Assembly (NCBI GenBank): GCA_046757405.1
Contig: JBHHYE010000007.1
Span: 25,222-89,221, forward strand
Direction: 5' to 3'
From: Acidobacteriota bacterium
GTDB lineage: Bacteria > Acidobacteriota > Polarisedimenticolia > SMYD01
DNA: 64,000 nucleotides
In this document: positions 49,005 to 57,589 of the stretch, piece after piece
Layout of the letters: every line of letters starts with the position of its first letter
Position numbering within the stretch: the stretch's first letter is position 1
Program-made: the position numbers and the translations under genes
The notes under the pieces: model-generated
Seen by the model: the letters and a program-made list of their open reading frames with translations, nothing else
Databases searched by the model: none
Told to the model about the DNA's origin: nothing

Positions 49005-51323
49005 ATGAGCCTGCTCACCAAAATGTTCCTGGTGTCCATGCTCCTGGGCGCCACGGTGGTGCTGAGCCGCTGGGTTCCCCGGCATCCCCGCTGGCGTCCC
49101 CTGGTCATCCTCCTCAATCTGGCCATCACCGGACGCTACCTGTGGTGGCGGGGCACCCAGACGCTGAACTGGACCAGCGGCTGGGGCATCGCGGTCAGCC
49201 TGGCGGTCTATCTGGCCGAGCTGTACGGCTTCCTGGTGGTCCTGCACCACTATGTCATCGCCACCCGGGCCACCTCCCGGCAAGCGCCCGAGCTCAAGGA
49301 AGGAAAATACCCGCCGGTGGATGTCTTTGTCGCCACCTACAACGAGAGCACCGACATCCTCTACCGGACCCTGGTCGGCTGCCTGGCCATGGACTACCCG
49401 GACAAGCGGATTCATGCCCTGGATGACGGCGCTCGCCAGGAGGTGGCCGACCTCTGCCGGCGGCTGGGCGTGGATTACCTGGCGCGAGAGGATCATGCGG
49501 GCGCCAAGGCCGGCAATCTGAACCACGGCCTGGCCTCCACTCACGCCGACCTGGTGGCCACCTTCGACGCGGATCACGTGCCGGTGGAGAGCTTCCTGAA
49601 GGAGACCGTGGGTTTCTTCCGCAATCCCGGCGTGGCCCAGGTGCAGACGGCGCATCACTTCTACAACCCCGACCTCTTTCAGGATCAGCTGCGCATCCGC
49701 GAGTACATCGCCAACGAGCAGGACATGTTCTACCACATCGTCCAGCCCGGGCGGGACGTCTACAACTCGAGCTTTTACTGCGGCTCCGGCGCCGTGTTCC
49801 GGCGGAGCGCGCTCGAGGAGATCGGCGGCTTCCCCACCGCCACCGTGACCGAGGATCTCCACACCTCGATGCTCCTGCACAGCCGTGGCTGGAGATCCAT
49901 CTATCTGGACCGCAATCTCTCCGCCGGCCTGGCGCCCGAGTCGTACGACGCTTTCCTGACCCAGAGACGGCGATGGGCCCGGGGCACCTTCCAAGTCCTG
50001 CTGCGCCAAGGCGGTCTGTTCCTGCGCGGACTCACCCTCATGCAGCGCCTCAACTACTTCGCCACCTTCTGGTACTGGCTCTACGGATTCCCCCGGCTGG
50101 TCTATCTGGTGGCTCCCCTTCTGTTCCTGCTGGGAGGGTTGCATCCCCTCCTGGTGCGGGACCTCAGCGACCTGCTGGTCTTTTACCTTCCCCATCTGGC
50201 GGTCTCCATTGCCGCTTTCCAGCTGGTCAATCGCTCCATGCGGCGCATCTTCTGGTCGGATGTCTACGAATCGTGCATCTCGGTCCAGGTCGCCCTCACC
50301 GCGCTCTTTTTCCCCTTATCTCGCGGCCGCGGCCGCTTCCGGGTGACACCCAAGGGGCATGCCACGGCGACGGGATCCTCGTGGAAGATCGCCTGGCCTC
50401 TGGTTCTGCTGGCCGGGCTGGTGGCGGTCGGCTTCTTCACCGGCCTCACACGCCTGATCACCTCGGGAACGGAGCAGGAGGGGCTGCTGATCAACACCAT
50501 CTGGGCTGCCTACAATCTGCTGGTCCTGTCCCTGGGCCTGCTTCTTCTCCGACCCCGCCCCCACCGGCGGGCCGCCATCCGCCTGCCGCGGCACCTCCCC
50601 TGCCATCTGTCGGGCAAGGATCTCTCGGTGGCCGGACAGACCCTGGACCTCTCGGAGACCGGCCTCTCCGTTCGCATCGAGCCGGCCCGGCCGCTACCCG
50701 AGCGACTGGATATCGTCCTCACGGACCGCCAGGGCCAGCGGCTCACGGTGCGCGGGCGGCTCGTGCGCTGCGACGTGGATGCCGACAACCGCCTCGCGGC
50801 GGCGGTGGATTTCACCGACCTGTCTCCCGACCAGCATCGACGGATCGTGGAGCTGATATTCTCGCCCGCCCATTCCTGGAGTGGCCCCCATGGCCTGACC
50901 ATGGGGGCTCCGGAGCACCTGTTGCGGATCCTGCGTTCCCTGATCGGCATCTTTTCTCCCGAGGAGCGCATGCGCCGCCTGTCTCCCCGTTTCCGCTGCA
51001 ACCTGCCGGCCTCCATCCTTTCCGAGGACGGCACCAGCACGCCGGCGCGCGCCATTGACGTGAGCGTGCGGGGCGCGGCCCTGCGCCTGCGGCGCGGCCA
51101 GCGCCCCCCGGTTCCCGAGCGGTTCCGGCTGACCCTGTCCTGGAATGCCCTGGAACGCACCACCCTGGAGGCCAAGGTCCGGGATGTGCGCACGGGAGCC
51201 GGCGGCGGGCCGATCCTGGGAGTCGTCTTCACGGAGCTTGGACCCCAGCAGCGGGCCGATCTCAGGAAGCAACTGTACCGGCGGCCCAGGCGGGTCATGT
51301 CCGCGGCCAGCACGGCCTCATGA
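49005..51323 (+). CDS. Processive GT2 glycan synthase (BcsA-like) with two tandem C-terminal PilZ domains
   Basis: VDVFVATYNES, DDGAR, FDADHVP, TEDLHTS, QRRRWARG (QxxRW). PilZ-1 is RRAAIR..DLSETGLSV (about 50565-50865). PilZ-2 is RRLSPR..DVSVRGAAL (about 50973-51280). Confidence 0.85.
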   Translation: MSLLTKMFLVSMLLGATVVLSRWVPRHPRWRPLVILLNLAITGRYLWWRGTQTLNWTSGWGIAVSLAVYLAELYGFLVVLHHYVIATRATSRQAPELKEGKYPPVDVFVATYNESTDILYRTLVGCLAMDYPDKRIHALDDGARQEVADLCRRLGVDYLAREDHAGAKAGNLNHGLASTHADLVATFDADHVPVESFLKETVGFFRNPGVAQVQTAHHFYNPDLFQDQLRIREYIANEQDMFYHIVQPGRDVYNSSFYCGSGAVFRRSALEEIGGFPTATVTEDLHTSMLLHSRGWRSIYLDRNLSAGLAPESYDAFLTQRRRWARGTFQVLLRQGGLFLRGLTLMQRLNYFATFWYWLYGFPRLVYLVAPLLFLLGGLHPLLVRDLSDLLVFYLPHLAVSIAAFQLVNRSMRRIFWSDVYESCISVQVALTALFFPLSRGRGRFRVTPKGHATATGSSWKIAWPLVLLAGLVAVGFFTGLTRLITSGTEQEGLLINTIWAAYNLLVLSLGLLLLRPRPHRRAAIRLPRHLPCHLSGKDLSVAGQTLDLSETGLSVRIEPARPLPERLDIVLTDRQGQRLTVRGRLVRCDVDADNRLAAAVDFTDLSPDQHRRIVELIFSPAHSWSGPHGLTMGAPEHLLRILRSLIGIFSPEERMRRLSPRFRCNLPASILSEDGTSTPARAIDVSVRGAALRLRRGQRPPVPERFRLTLSWNALERTTLEAKVRDVRTGAGGGPILGVVFTELGPQQRADLRKQLYRRPRRVMSAASTAS

Positions 51324-53140
51324 GCCGCCCTCTCACCTGGATGCTGCTGGCGGCCCTGCTGGTGTCCCTGCCCGGCGGTCCCCGGGCCGCGGCCGCTCCG
51401 GAGCAGGAGGCCGCCCTCGAGAGCGCCCGCAGGCTCACCTGGAAGGCGGAGACCCGCGAGGCCGGGATTGCCTCCTTGCGCCGGCTGGTGGCCAAGCATC
51501 CGGATGGGGTCGAAGCCCGCCTGGAGCTGGGCCGGGTCCTGACCTGGAAGCAGAGCACGCGCGCCGAAGGGATCCGTCTCCTGCGCGCGGTCCACGCCGA
51601 GGTTCCCCAGTGCGCCGATGTCACCGAAGCCCTGGCTGAAGTGCTCACCTGGAATCCCGGCACCCGGGAAGAAGCGATCGGGTTGTTGCGCCGGCTGGGC
51701 CGGGATCACCCGGAGTGGGTCTCGGCGCGGCTGGTGCTGGCCGAGGTCCTGTCATGGGATCGGAGCACCTTGAACGAGGCCATCGGCCTCTATCGGAAGA
51801 CCCTGGCGCAGTCTCCCGACTCGGCCAAGGCCCGGCTGGGACTGGCCCGGACGCTTTCCTGGCAAGGCGACCTGGAGGCCTCGCGCACTCTGTACGAGGA
51901 GGCCCTGGCCCGCGAGCCGGGCGATCCGGTGGCGCGCCTGGGGCTGGCCGAGGTGGAGCGCTGGTCCGGACGCTCGAGGATCTCCTTGAGAGTCCTGGGC
52001 ACACTCTCACCAGAAGAGACCGATTCTCCCGCCGCCCATGCCCGGCGAGGCGACGCCTACGCGGACCTGGGACGCCCGGCGCTGGCGCTGGCCGAGTACG
52101 ATGCCATCCTCGCCGTGGATCCGGACAACGAAGCGGCGCGGCGCGGCGCCAATCACGCGCGCCGCAAGCTGCGCCCCTCCCTGGAGACCGGAGCCAGCGG
52201 CAGCACCGAATCAGGAGACCCCCGCACCAGCAAGGTGCAGATCCTGTCGCTCCCGATCACCTACCGCTGGCATCCCGCAGGGGATGCCGAGGTCCGCCTG
52301 CTGGCTCGGCCCGCGTTTTACGATAATGACCGCGGCACCACCGAGACCGTCTCTGCCGGGGCCACCTTCGAGACCCCGGTGGGCTTGCGCTCCCGGCTGC
52401 ACGCCCAGGTGATGGGCCACGATTTCGAGGACACCGACTCGGAGATCACCGGCCGACTCGAATGGCGCGTGGCGGCCTCCGACCGGGTCGTGTTTCGCGT
52501 GGGCGGCGAACGGGAACTGCTGCAGGACTCGCGTCTTTCGGCCGTGGGGGAGAGCCTGGGCGGCCTCGTTTTCGGCCCCGCCGTCCAGACGGAAGCGTTC
52601 CTGGAGATCACGGTTCACCCGGGCCGTGCCTGGGACGCCTCCCTCCGTGGCGCCACCGGCACGGTGGAGGGAGACAACCTGCGTGATAACGATCGGCGGG
52701 CCCTCTTCGGCGGGTTCGGCCGCTCCTTCCACCTGGGCAACGCCTGGCTGCGGCCCGGATACAGTGCCACCTGGTTCTCCTTTGACCGGGATCTCAGCGG
52801 TTTTCCGCCCGGCGATCTCGCCGGGGATGGCGTGGACAGCCGGGGCGTGGGTGGTTACTTCTCCCCTTTCCGTTTTCTGAACCAGATGGTCCGGCTGGAC
52901 ACGGCGTGGAGCATGGGCCAGCGCCTCGAGTTCAGCGCCGGCGGCGGCATCGGGCTCCAGCAGGTCGAGGACATCGGCTCCCCCGATTTCGACGACACCA
53001 CCACCTCGTCGGATGCCTACTTCCGGCTGCAGTGGCAGATCGCCCTGGATGTGGCCCTCCGGGCATCCGTCAGCCACCAGGATGTGGCCTCGGCCTTTGA
53101 CCGCACCCGGGGCGGAATCTCCCTCATCTGGACCTTCTAG
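51320..53140 (+). CDS. TPR-repeat + C-terminal outer-membrane beta-barrel exporter (PgaA/BcsC-like architecture)
   Basis: The ATG overlaps the synthase stop (ATGA). Signal peptide MLLAALLVSLPGGPRAAAA. Five TPR-like repeats have a conserved (L/E)xW (LTWK, LTWK, LTWN, LSWD, LSWQ). The C-terminal half has alternating hydrophobic strands and ends in ISLIWTF, with the terminal Phe typical of OMPs. Confidence 0.65.
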   Translation: MSRPLTWMLLAALLVSLPGGPRAAAAPEQEAALESARRLTWKAETREAGIASLRRLVAKHPDGVEARLELGRVLTWKQSTRAEGIRLLRAVHAEVPQCADVTEALAEVLTWNPGTREEAIGLLRRLGRDHPEWVSARLVLAEVLSWDRSTLNEAIGLYRKTLAQSPDSAKARLGLARTLSWQGDLEASRTLYEEALAREPGDPVARLGLAEVERWSGRSRISLRVLGTLSPEETDSPAAHARRGDAYADLGRPALALAEYDAILAVDPDNEAARRGANHARRKLRPSLETGASGSTESGDPRTSKVQILSLPITYRWHPAGDAEVRLLARPAFYDNDRGTTETVSAGATFETPVGLRSRLHAQVMGHDFEDTDSEITGRLEWRVAASDRVVFRVGGERELLQDSRLSAVGESLGGLVFGPAVQTEAFLEITVHPGRAWDASLRGATGTVEGDNLRDNDRRALFGGFGRSFHLGNAWLRPGYSATWFSFDRDLSGFPPGDLAGDGVDSRGVGGYFSPFRFLNQMVRLDTAWSMGQRLEFSAGGGIGLQQVEDIGSPDFDDTTTSSDAYFRLQWQIALDVALRASVSHQDVASAFDRTRGGISLIWTF

Positions 53141-53151
53141 CCGCGCCCGCA

Positions 53152-53169
53152 CCGGGCATTCCCGCCCGG
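53152..53169. terminator. Small GC hairpin (CCGGGC-attccc-GCCCGG) between convergent genes
   Basis: Read directly. The stem is only 6 bp and there is no U-tract. Confidence 0.2.
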
Positions 53170-53184
53170 ACTGGAAAGACAGGC

Positions 53185-53952
53185 TCAGTCCGATGGCCCG
53201 CCGAGCAAGCCGAGCAAGAAGAAGAAGACGCCGCGGAAGACCAGCTTGAAGTGCTGGGTGAAGTCCAGGGCGACGACGAACAAGGAGGGATAGAAGATCG
53301 CCGGATGGCGCTCCGCCCCATCCACCACGCGGTCCAGGAGCCGGGCCGGCCGCCGCTCCACCTGCCAGGCCGCCAGGCCCGCGCCCGCGCCCATGAGAGC
53401 GCCGGCCAGCATATCGGAGGGATAATGAAAGCCGACACCGATGCGGACGAAGGAAAGACAGGCCGCACCCACCAGGCCGGCCCAGCCGAGCCTCGCGCCC
53501 CAGGCGAAGAGACCCACCGCCAGCGCGAAGAACAAGGCGGCATGGTCCGATGGAAAAGCGCCGAAACCGAGCATTCCGCCCACGATCCCATCCCACTGCT
53601 CCTTTTCAATCGGAATACGGAGCGACTCCTGTACCAGAGGCCGGCTCCCATCGACGGCGTAGGCCACCAGACGGGCGCCGATGAAGGCGGCGGCCACCCC
53701 CTGCGCCACACTGACGCATCGACGCCTCGAAATCCTCAGGCCCGGCGACTCCGGGGCCGCGCCACCGGCCAGGAGACGCCCTCTCCAGCTGCGCCCCCCC
53801 TCCAGATCAGTCCACCACAACGCCAGCAAGACCACTACGCAGCCCACCAGGGGGAGGGGGCCGCACAGGAGCAAGGCCATCTCGAACAGCCCGCGGGAAC
53901 TCGCGAGAGCATGGTTGCACAACTCCAGAAGATGCAGGTCCAGACCGTTCAC
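53185..53952 (-). CDS. PAP2-family (type 2 phosphatidic acid / polyprenyl-PP) phosphatase
   Basis: PSDHAALFFA (PSGH-like) and RIGVGFHYPSDMLAGALMG (SRxxxxxHxxxD-like) motifs. Polytopic. Confidence 0.8.
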   Translation of the reverse strand: MNGLDLHLLELCNHALASSRGLFEMALLLCGPLPLVGCVVVLLALWWTDLEGGRSWRGRLLAGGAAPESPGLRISRRRCVSVAQGVAAAFIGARLVAYAVDGSRPLVQESLRIPIEKEQWDGIVGGMLGFGAFPSDHAALFFALAVGLFAWGARLGWAGLVGAACLSFVRIGVGFHYPSDMLAGALMGAGAGLAAWQVERRPARLLDRVVDGAERHPAIFYPSLFVVALDFTQHFKLVFRGVFFFLLGLLGGPSD

Positions 53953-54082
53953 AGGCCACCCCGGACCAAGGTCGGCATCGAAAGGCCGCAGGTCAAGAAA
54001 AGAGGATTCCCGGCCACGGGCCGCCGATCTTCACCTGGTGCCGGTGAGCGCCCGGTCCGGGACCCGTCCTGACGCGGGGTCC

Positions 54083-55909
54083 TCAGAAGGCGGGCCGGGC
54101 TCCAGGTCGCGAAGCCTCCCCTGCCCCGGCTGCCTGGCCACCAACCGCCTTGAGATGCTCCACGAATCCCGCCGGCCCCATGTAGCCGACCAGGCGCAGG
54201 TCCGGATGCTCGCGACCCTCAGCATCGATGAAGAGAATCGTGGGAGGCCCGAAGACCCCGAACGTCTTGATGAGCGTCTTCAGCTCCGGCGAGACCGATC
54301 GGGTCAGATCGGCCTGTAGCTTGACAAACCCGGCAGAGGCCGCGATGACCCGCGGATCATTGAACACCTTCTGCTCGTACTCCTTGCACGGCACGCACCA
54401 GTCCGCGGTGAAATCGATGAGGACGGGCCGTCCCGCTTCCCGGGCGGCCCGGACGGCCGACGCGGAATACGGTTTGAAGACCATGTGCTCGCTCTGGTCG
54501 GGCCAGACCAGCCAGGCGGCAGCCAGGATGGCCACCCCGGCCAGGCCAAAACGGCTGTAATTGAACCAGCCGGCCGTCCGCCTGCGCTCGAAGAAGGCCA
54601 GCCAGACCGCCGACCCGGCCAGGGTTCCCGGAAGGAGATAGGCCCCCGCGGGGGCTGGAACCGCCTGTCCCATGAAGTAGGCCGCCACCGCCAGCAGAAC
54701 CAGGCCGAAGAGATGCTTGACGCCGTCCATCCAGTCGCCGGCCCGGGGCATCCGCGCCAGCCCTCCCGAGAAGGCGCCCAGGAAGAGATACGGGGTGCCG
54801 AGCCCCAGGGACAGGATGAAGAATTTCCAGAATCCGAGCACCGGGTCCCCTTCCCGGGCCACCGTGGCCAGCAGGACCACCACGAACGGGCCGATGCAGG
54901 GCGCCGCCACCAGTCCCACCACCATGCCCATGACCAGGGCGCCCACGGTGCCCCGCCGGGAGCCCAGGCGGGACGTGCCCGGAATACGGAATTCATAGAC
55001 GCCGAACTGGGACAAGGCCAGCCCCACCAGGACCGCGGCCACCAGGGTCAGAACCAGCGGATTCTGCAGCGCGGCGCCGAAGAGCCCTCCCGTCAACGCC
55101 ACGGCGACGCCCAGGCTGGAGTAAGTCGCGGCCATCCCGAGGACATAGACGGACGCCAGGCCGAACGTGCCCAGGGTCGAGCGCTTCACCTGGCCGCCGA
55201 AGAACGCGATGGTGATGGGAATCAGGGGATAGACGCAGGGGGTCAGATTCAGGGCCAGTCCACCCAGGTAGATGAGCAGGAAGACCAGGAAAGATGCCCC
55301 GCCGATCTGCACGCTTCCCGGCTCGGCCGGGGACGGATCCGCCAGGCCGGTGACCCCGCCCCGCCCCTCGAAGAGCTCCGGATGCCGGGGGGAGACCGCC
55401 TCGCCGGGAGCCGCCACCTCCAGTTCAACGGTGAAGGGAACCTTGGCCGGCGGCAGGCAGACCCGGTCAGTGCACGACTGGTAGGAGAGAGTTCCGGCGA
55501 TTTTTTCCGTCCCGGGCCGGAGATCCTTGGCCACCTGGACCGGCGCCACGATCACGAAACGAGTCTCGTACACCCGGAGCGGCTGGCCGGCGAATGCGAA
55601 CGTCACCATCTCACCTTCCGGGTAGCGAGCCTCGCCCACCCGGATCCCCGGCGGCGGCTCGAAACGGACCTCCGTGGGAATGAGGTAGTCTGCGCTCGGG
55701 ACATGGGCGTTCACATGCCAGCCGGGCAAGATGTCGCCGGCCACGGCGATCTGCGCTCCCCCTCCCGCGTGGACCGCGCTCAGGGAGAGGTAGGGGGTGG
55801 GAGTGACAATCTTGTCAGGCGCCGGCAACTCGGCCGCCAGCGCCGCCGGGCCGGCGAGGCACAGCAGTCCCAGGAGCGTGCCGCCGACGCTGCGTCTCAC
55901 GATGTCCAT
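54083..55909 (-). CDS. dsbD: Thiol:disulfide interchange protein DsbD (alpha domain + transmembrane core + thioredoxin)
   Basis: TM cysteines LTPCVYPLIP and AAPCIGPF. C-terminal thioredoxin FTADWCVPCKEYE. The ATG at 55909 gives a signal peptide and follows GGAGAAGG. Confidence 0.85.
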   Translation of the reverse strand: MDIVRRSVGGTLLGLLCLAGPAALAAELPAPDKIVTPTPYLSLSAVHAGGGAQIAVAGDILPGWHVNAHVPSADYLIPTEVRFEPPPGIRVGEARYPEGEMVTFAFAGQPLRVYETRFVIVAPVQVAKDLRPGTEKIAGTLSYQSCTDRVCLPPAKVPFTVELEVAAPGEAVSPRHPELFEGRGGVTGLADPSPAEPGSVQIGGASFLVFLLIYLGGLALNLTPCVYPLIPITIAFFGGQVKRSTLGTFGLASVYVLGMAATYSSLGVAVALTGGLFGAALQNPLVLTLVAAVLVGLALSQFGVYEFRIPGTSRLGSRRGTVGALVMGMVVGLVAAPCIGPFVVVLLATVAREGDPVLGFWKFFILSLGLGTPYLFLGAFSGGLARMPRAGDWMDGVKHLFGLVLLAVAAYFMGQAVPAPAGAYLLPGTLAGSAVWLAFFERRRTAGWFNYSRFGLAGVAILAAAWLVWPDQSEHMVFKPYSASAVRAAREAGRPVLIDFTADWCVPCKEYEQKVFNDPRVIAASAGFVKLQADLTRSVSPELKTLIKTFGVFGPPTILFIDAEGREHPDLRLVGYMGPAGFVEHLKAVGGQAAGAGEASRPGARPAF

Positions 55910-56074
55910 GACCTTCTCCCGGTCCACCAGCCCCCCGCCAGGCTCCCCCCTGTCAACCGCGCCCCCGCCGGAATTATTGCGGCCCCGGCGGCCTGATTCA
56001 AGGCGCGCCCCGGGCGGCTTGAACACCTCCTCCAGGCACCCTAGATTCTCATCAGGAGGCCATGCCCAGAAAAC

Positions 56075-56893
56075 ATGCTGAATATCCCTTCAGGCCGCCG
56101 GACCGGGCTCCCCCGGCGCACGGGCCTCTTCCCCCTGATCCTGCTGCTCCTGTCCTCCTCCATGGCGGAGGCATCCGTGGGTCCGCTTCCAGCCACCGAC
56201 AGAGAGATGACCCAGGTCATCCGGCGGGCGCTCTCCCGCGACCCGGAGCTGGCCCGGGCTCCCCTGTCCGTCTCCGCCACCGCCGGCCACGTGGTGCTGC
56301 GCGGCCAGGTCAAGACCCTGGCAGGGCGGCGGAAGGCCGTCCGCCTGACCGCCCAGCAGCGGGGAGTCCTGGCCATCGAAGATCAGCTGGAGCTGTCCAG
56401 CGCCGGCCTCGACGATCGGACCATCCTCCTCAGATTGTCCCGGCTGCTGGTGCCCTACCGCGATCTGACCCCGCCTGGCTTGCGCCTCGAGGTCCGGGGC
56501 GGAGTGGTCCACGCCGAGGGATACCTGGGAACCATGGGTCGCCTCCTGTTCCTGGAACGCCTGCTCCAGAGGGTGGAAGGGGTGCAGGATCTCGACCTGG
56601 GGCGTTTGCGTGTCGAGGTCATGGAAACCGAGCCTCGGGATGACCATCGTCTGCGCTCGGCCGTGCTGGGTCTGATTCGAAACCCCTTGATCTTCCCGAT
56701 CTCGGGAAGAATTGATGTGGAGGCGGTCCAGGGAACCGTCATCCTGAGCGGTGCGGTGCCGCGCCTCATCGACCGCATGGAGGCGATCAAGGTCGCCTCC
56801 CTGGTCCCCGGCGTGGTCGCGGTGAAGGACACCATCGAGGTCGTTCCGACCCTGGGGCGGACACGTCAAATCAAGCCCGGCTCGAAAGATTGA
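56075..56893 (+). CDS. Periplasmic protein with three BON domains (OsmY-like)
   Basis: A signal peptide is followed by three repeats of the BON pattern (..LSVSATAGHVVLRGQV.., ..LRLEVRGGVVHAEGYL.., ..IDVEAVQGTVILSGAV..). Confidence 0.8.
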   Translation: MLNIPSGRRTGLPRRTGLFPLILLLLSSSMAEASVGPLPATDREMTQVIRRALSRDPELARAPLSVSATAGHVVLRGQVKTLAGRRKAVRLTAQQRGVLAIEDQLELSSAGLDDRTILLRLSRLLVPYRDLTPPGLRLEVRGGVVHAEGYLGTMGRLLFLERLLQRVEGVQDLDLGRLRVEVMETEPRDDHRLRSAVLGLIRNPLIFPISGRIDVEAVQGTVILSGAVPRLIDRMEAIKVASLVPGVVAVKDTIEVVPTLGRTRQIKPGSKD

Positions 56894-56962
56894 CGGGACC
56901 ACCCCGTGCATGGTTTGGTCTCAGCCTTGAAAAAGCCGGCAAACGTATCCGGAGGTGGCAAG

Positions 56963-57556
56963 ATGAGAAACAGCCGAGCATGGTCCCGGTGGGCGAGCCT
57001 GGCCGTCGTGGCCGCCTGCCTCGCCCTGGCCCCGGGGTCCAGCCGGAGCCTGGCCGCGACCACGGTGCACGGCCGAGTCCTGGGACCATCAGGGGTCACG
57101 GCCATGTCGGGGGCAAGCGTGACCTTTTACCACCTGGCGACCGGCGCCACGTACCGGTCCGAGCCGGCGGATGCCACCGGGGCCTATGCATTGCCGGGGC
57201 TTCCGGAAGGACGCTATGACGTGGCCGTGGAAACCGACCGAGGCCTCTGGCTGGTGGAGAAACCGGTCGACCTCGGGGCCGATACGGACCGCACCCTGTC
57301 GTTCGCGCTGCACGAGCATGCGTACTGGGAGGGAACGGCCGCAGGAAGCCCGCGGAGCACGCCGCTGGGCGACAAGTTCGTCGGCATGGCGCTCATCCTT
57401 GAATCGGAAAAGAAAGGAGGCGCTGTCCCCGCGGGCCGGGGTCGCCGGATAGGAATCGGCCTCGGGGTCGGTGGCGGCGTTCTCGCCCTGGCCCTGGCGG
57501 GCGGAGGAAACGGCGGCGGCAACGGAGAGGCCAGCCCGTTCATGCCTCCGCCGTGA
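56963..57556 (+). CDS. CarboxypepD_reg-like domain protein with a Gly-rich C-terminal membrane anchor
   Basis: The ATG at 56963 follows GGAGGTGG. Signal peptide WASLAVVAACLALAPG. VHGRVLGPSG..SVTFYHLATG..ATGAYALPGLPEGRYDV is typical of the carboxypeptidase-regulatory fold. Tail GIGLGVGGGVLALALAGGGNGGGNG. Confidence 0.65.
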   Translation: MRNSRAWSRWASLAVVAACLALAPGSSRSLAATTVHGRVLGPSGVTAMSGASVTFYHLATGATYRSEPADATGAYALPGLPEGRYDVAVETDRGLWLVEKPVDLGADTDRTLSFALHEHAYWEGTAAGSPRSTPLGDKFVGMALILESEKKGGAVPAGRGRRIGIGLGVGGGVLALALAGGGNGGGNGEASPFMPPP

Positions 57557-57589
57557 AGGGCCACCTGACTTCCTGGGTCCCCCCGAGGC

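Noticed and set aside
46232-49129. 965-aa minus-strand ORF antisense to the PilW/PilX-like genes and the start of the synthase gene
   Set aside because: The translation is Gly/Arg/Pro/Val-rich and low in complexity, with no recognisable motifs. It overlaps plus-strand genes that have clear family signatures, SD sequences and coupled junctions. It is a typical stop-free antisense frame in high-GC DNA.
56030-56050. Sigma54-type promoter candidate AGGCACCCTAGATTCTC upstream of the BON gene, plus other TGGCAC occurrences in the window
   Set aside because: The -12 element reads TTCT instead of TTGC. The other TGGCAC hits lie inside coding regions or have wrong GG-GC spacing. I found no convincing target promoter for the local sigma54 activator in this window.
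56062-56643. Alternative 193-aa ORF starting at the ATG at 56062, which is better spaced from the AGGAGG at 56054 than the BON gene start
   Set aside because: Its translation is Pro/Arg/Gly-rich junk, whereas the 56075 frame encodes a signal peptide and three clean BON repeats.
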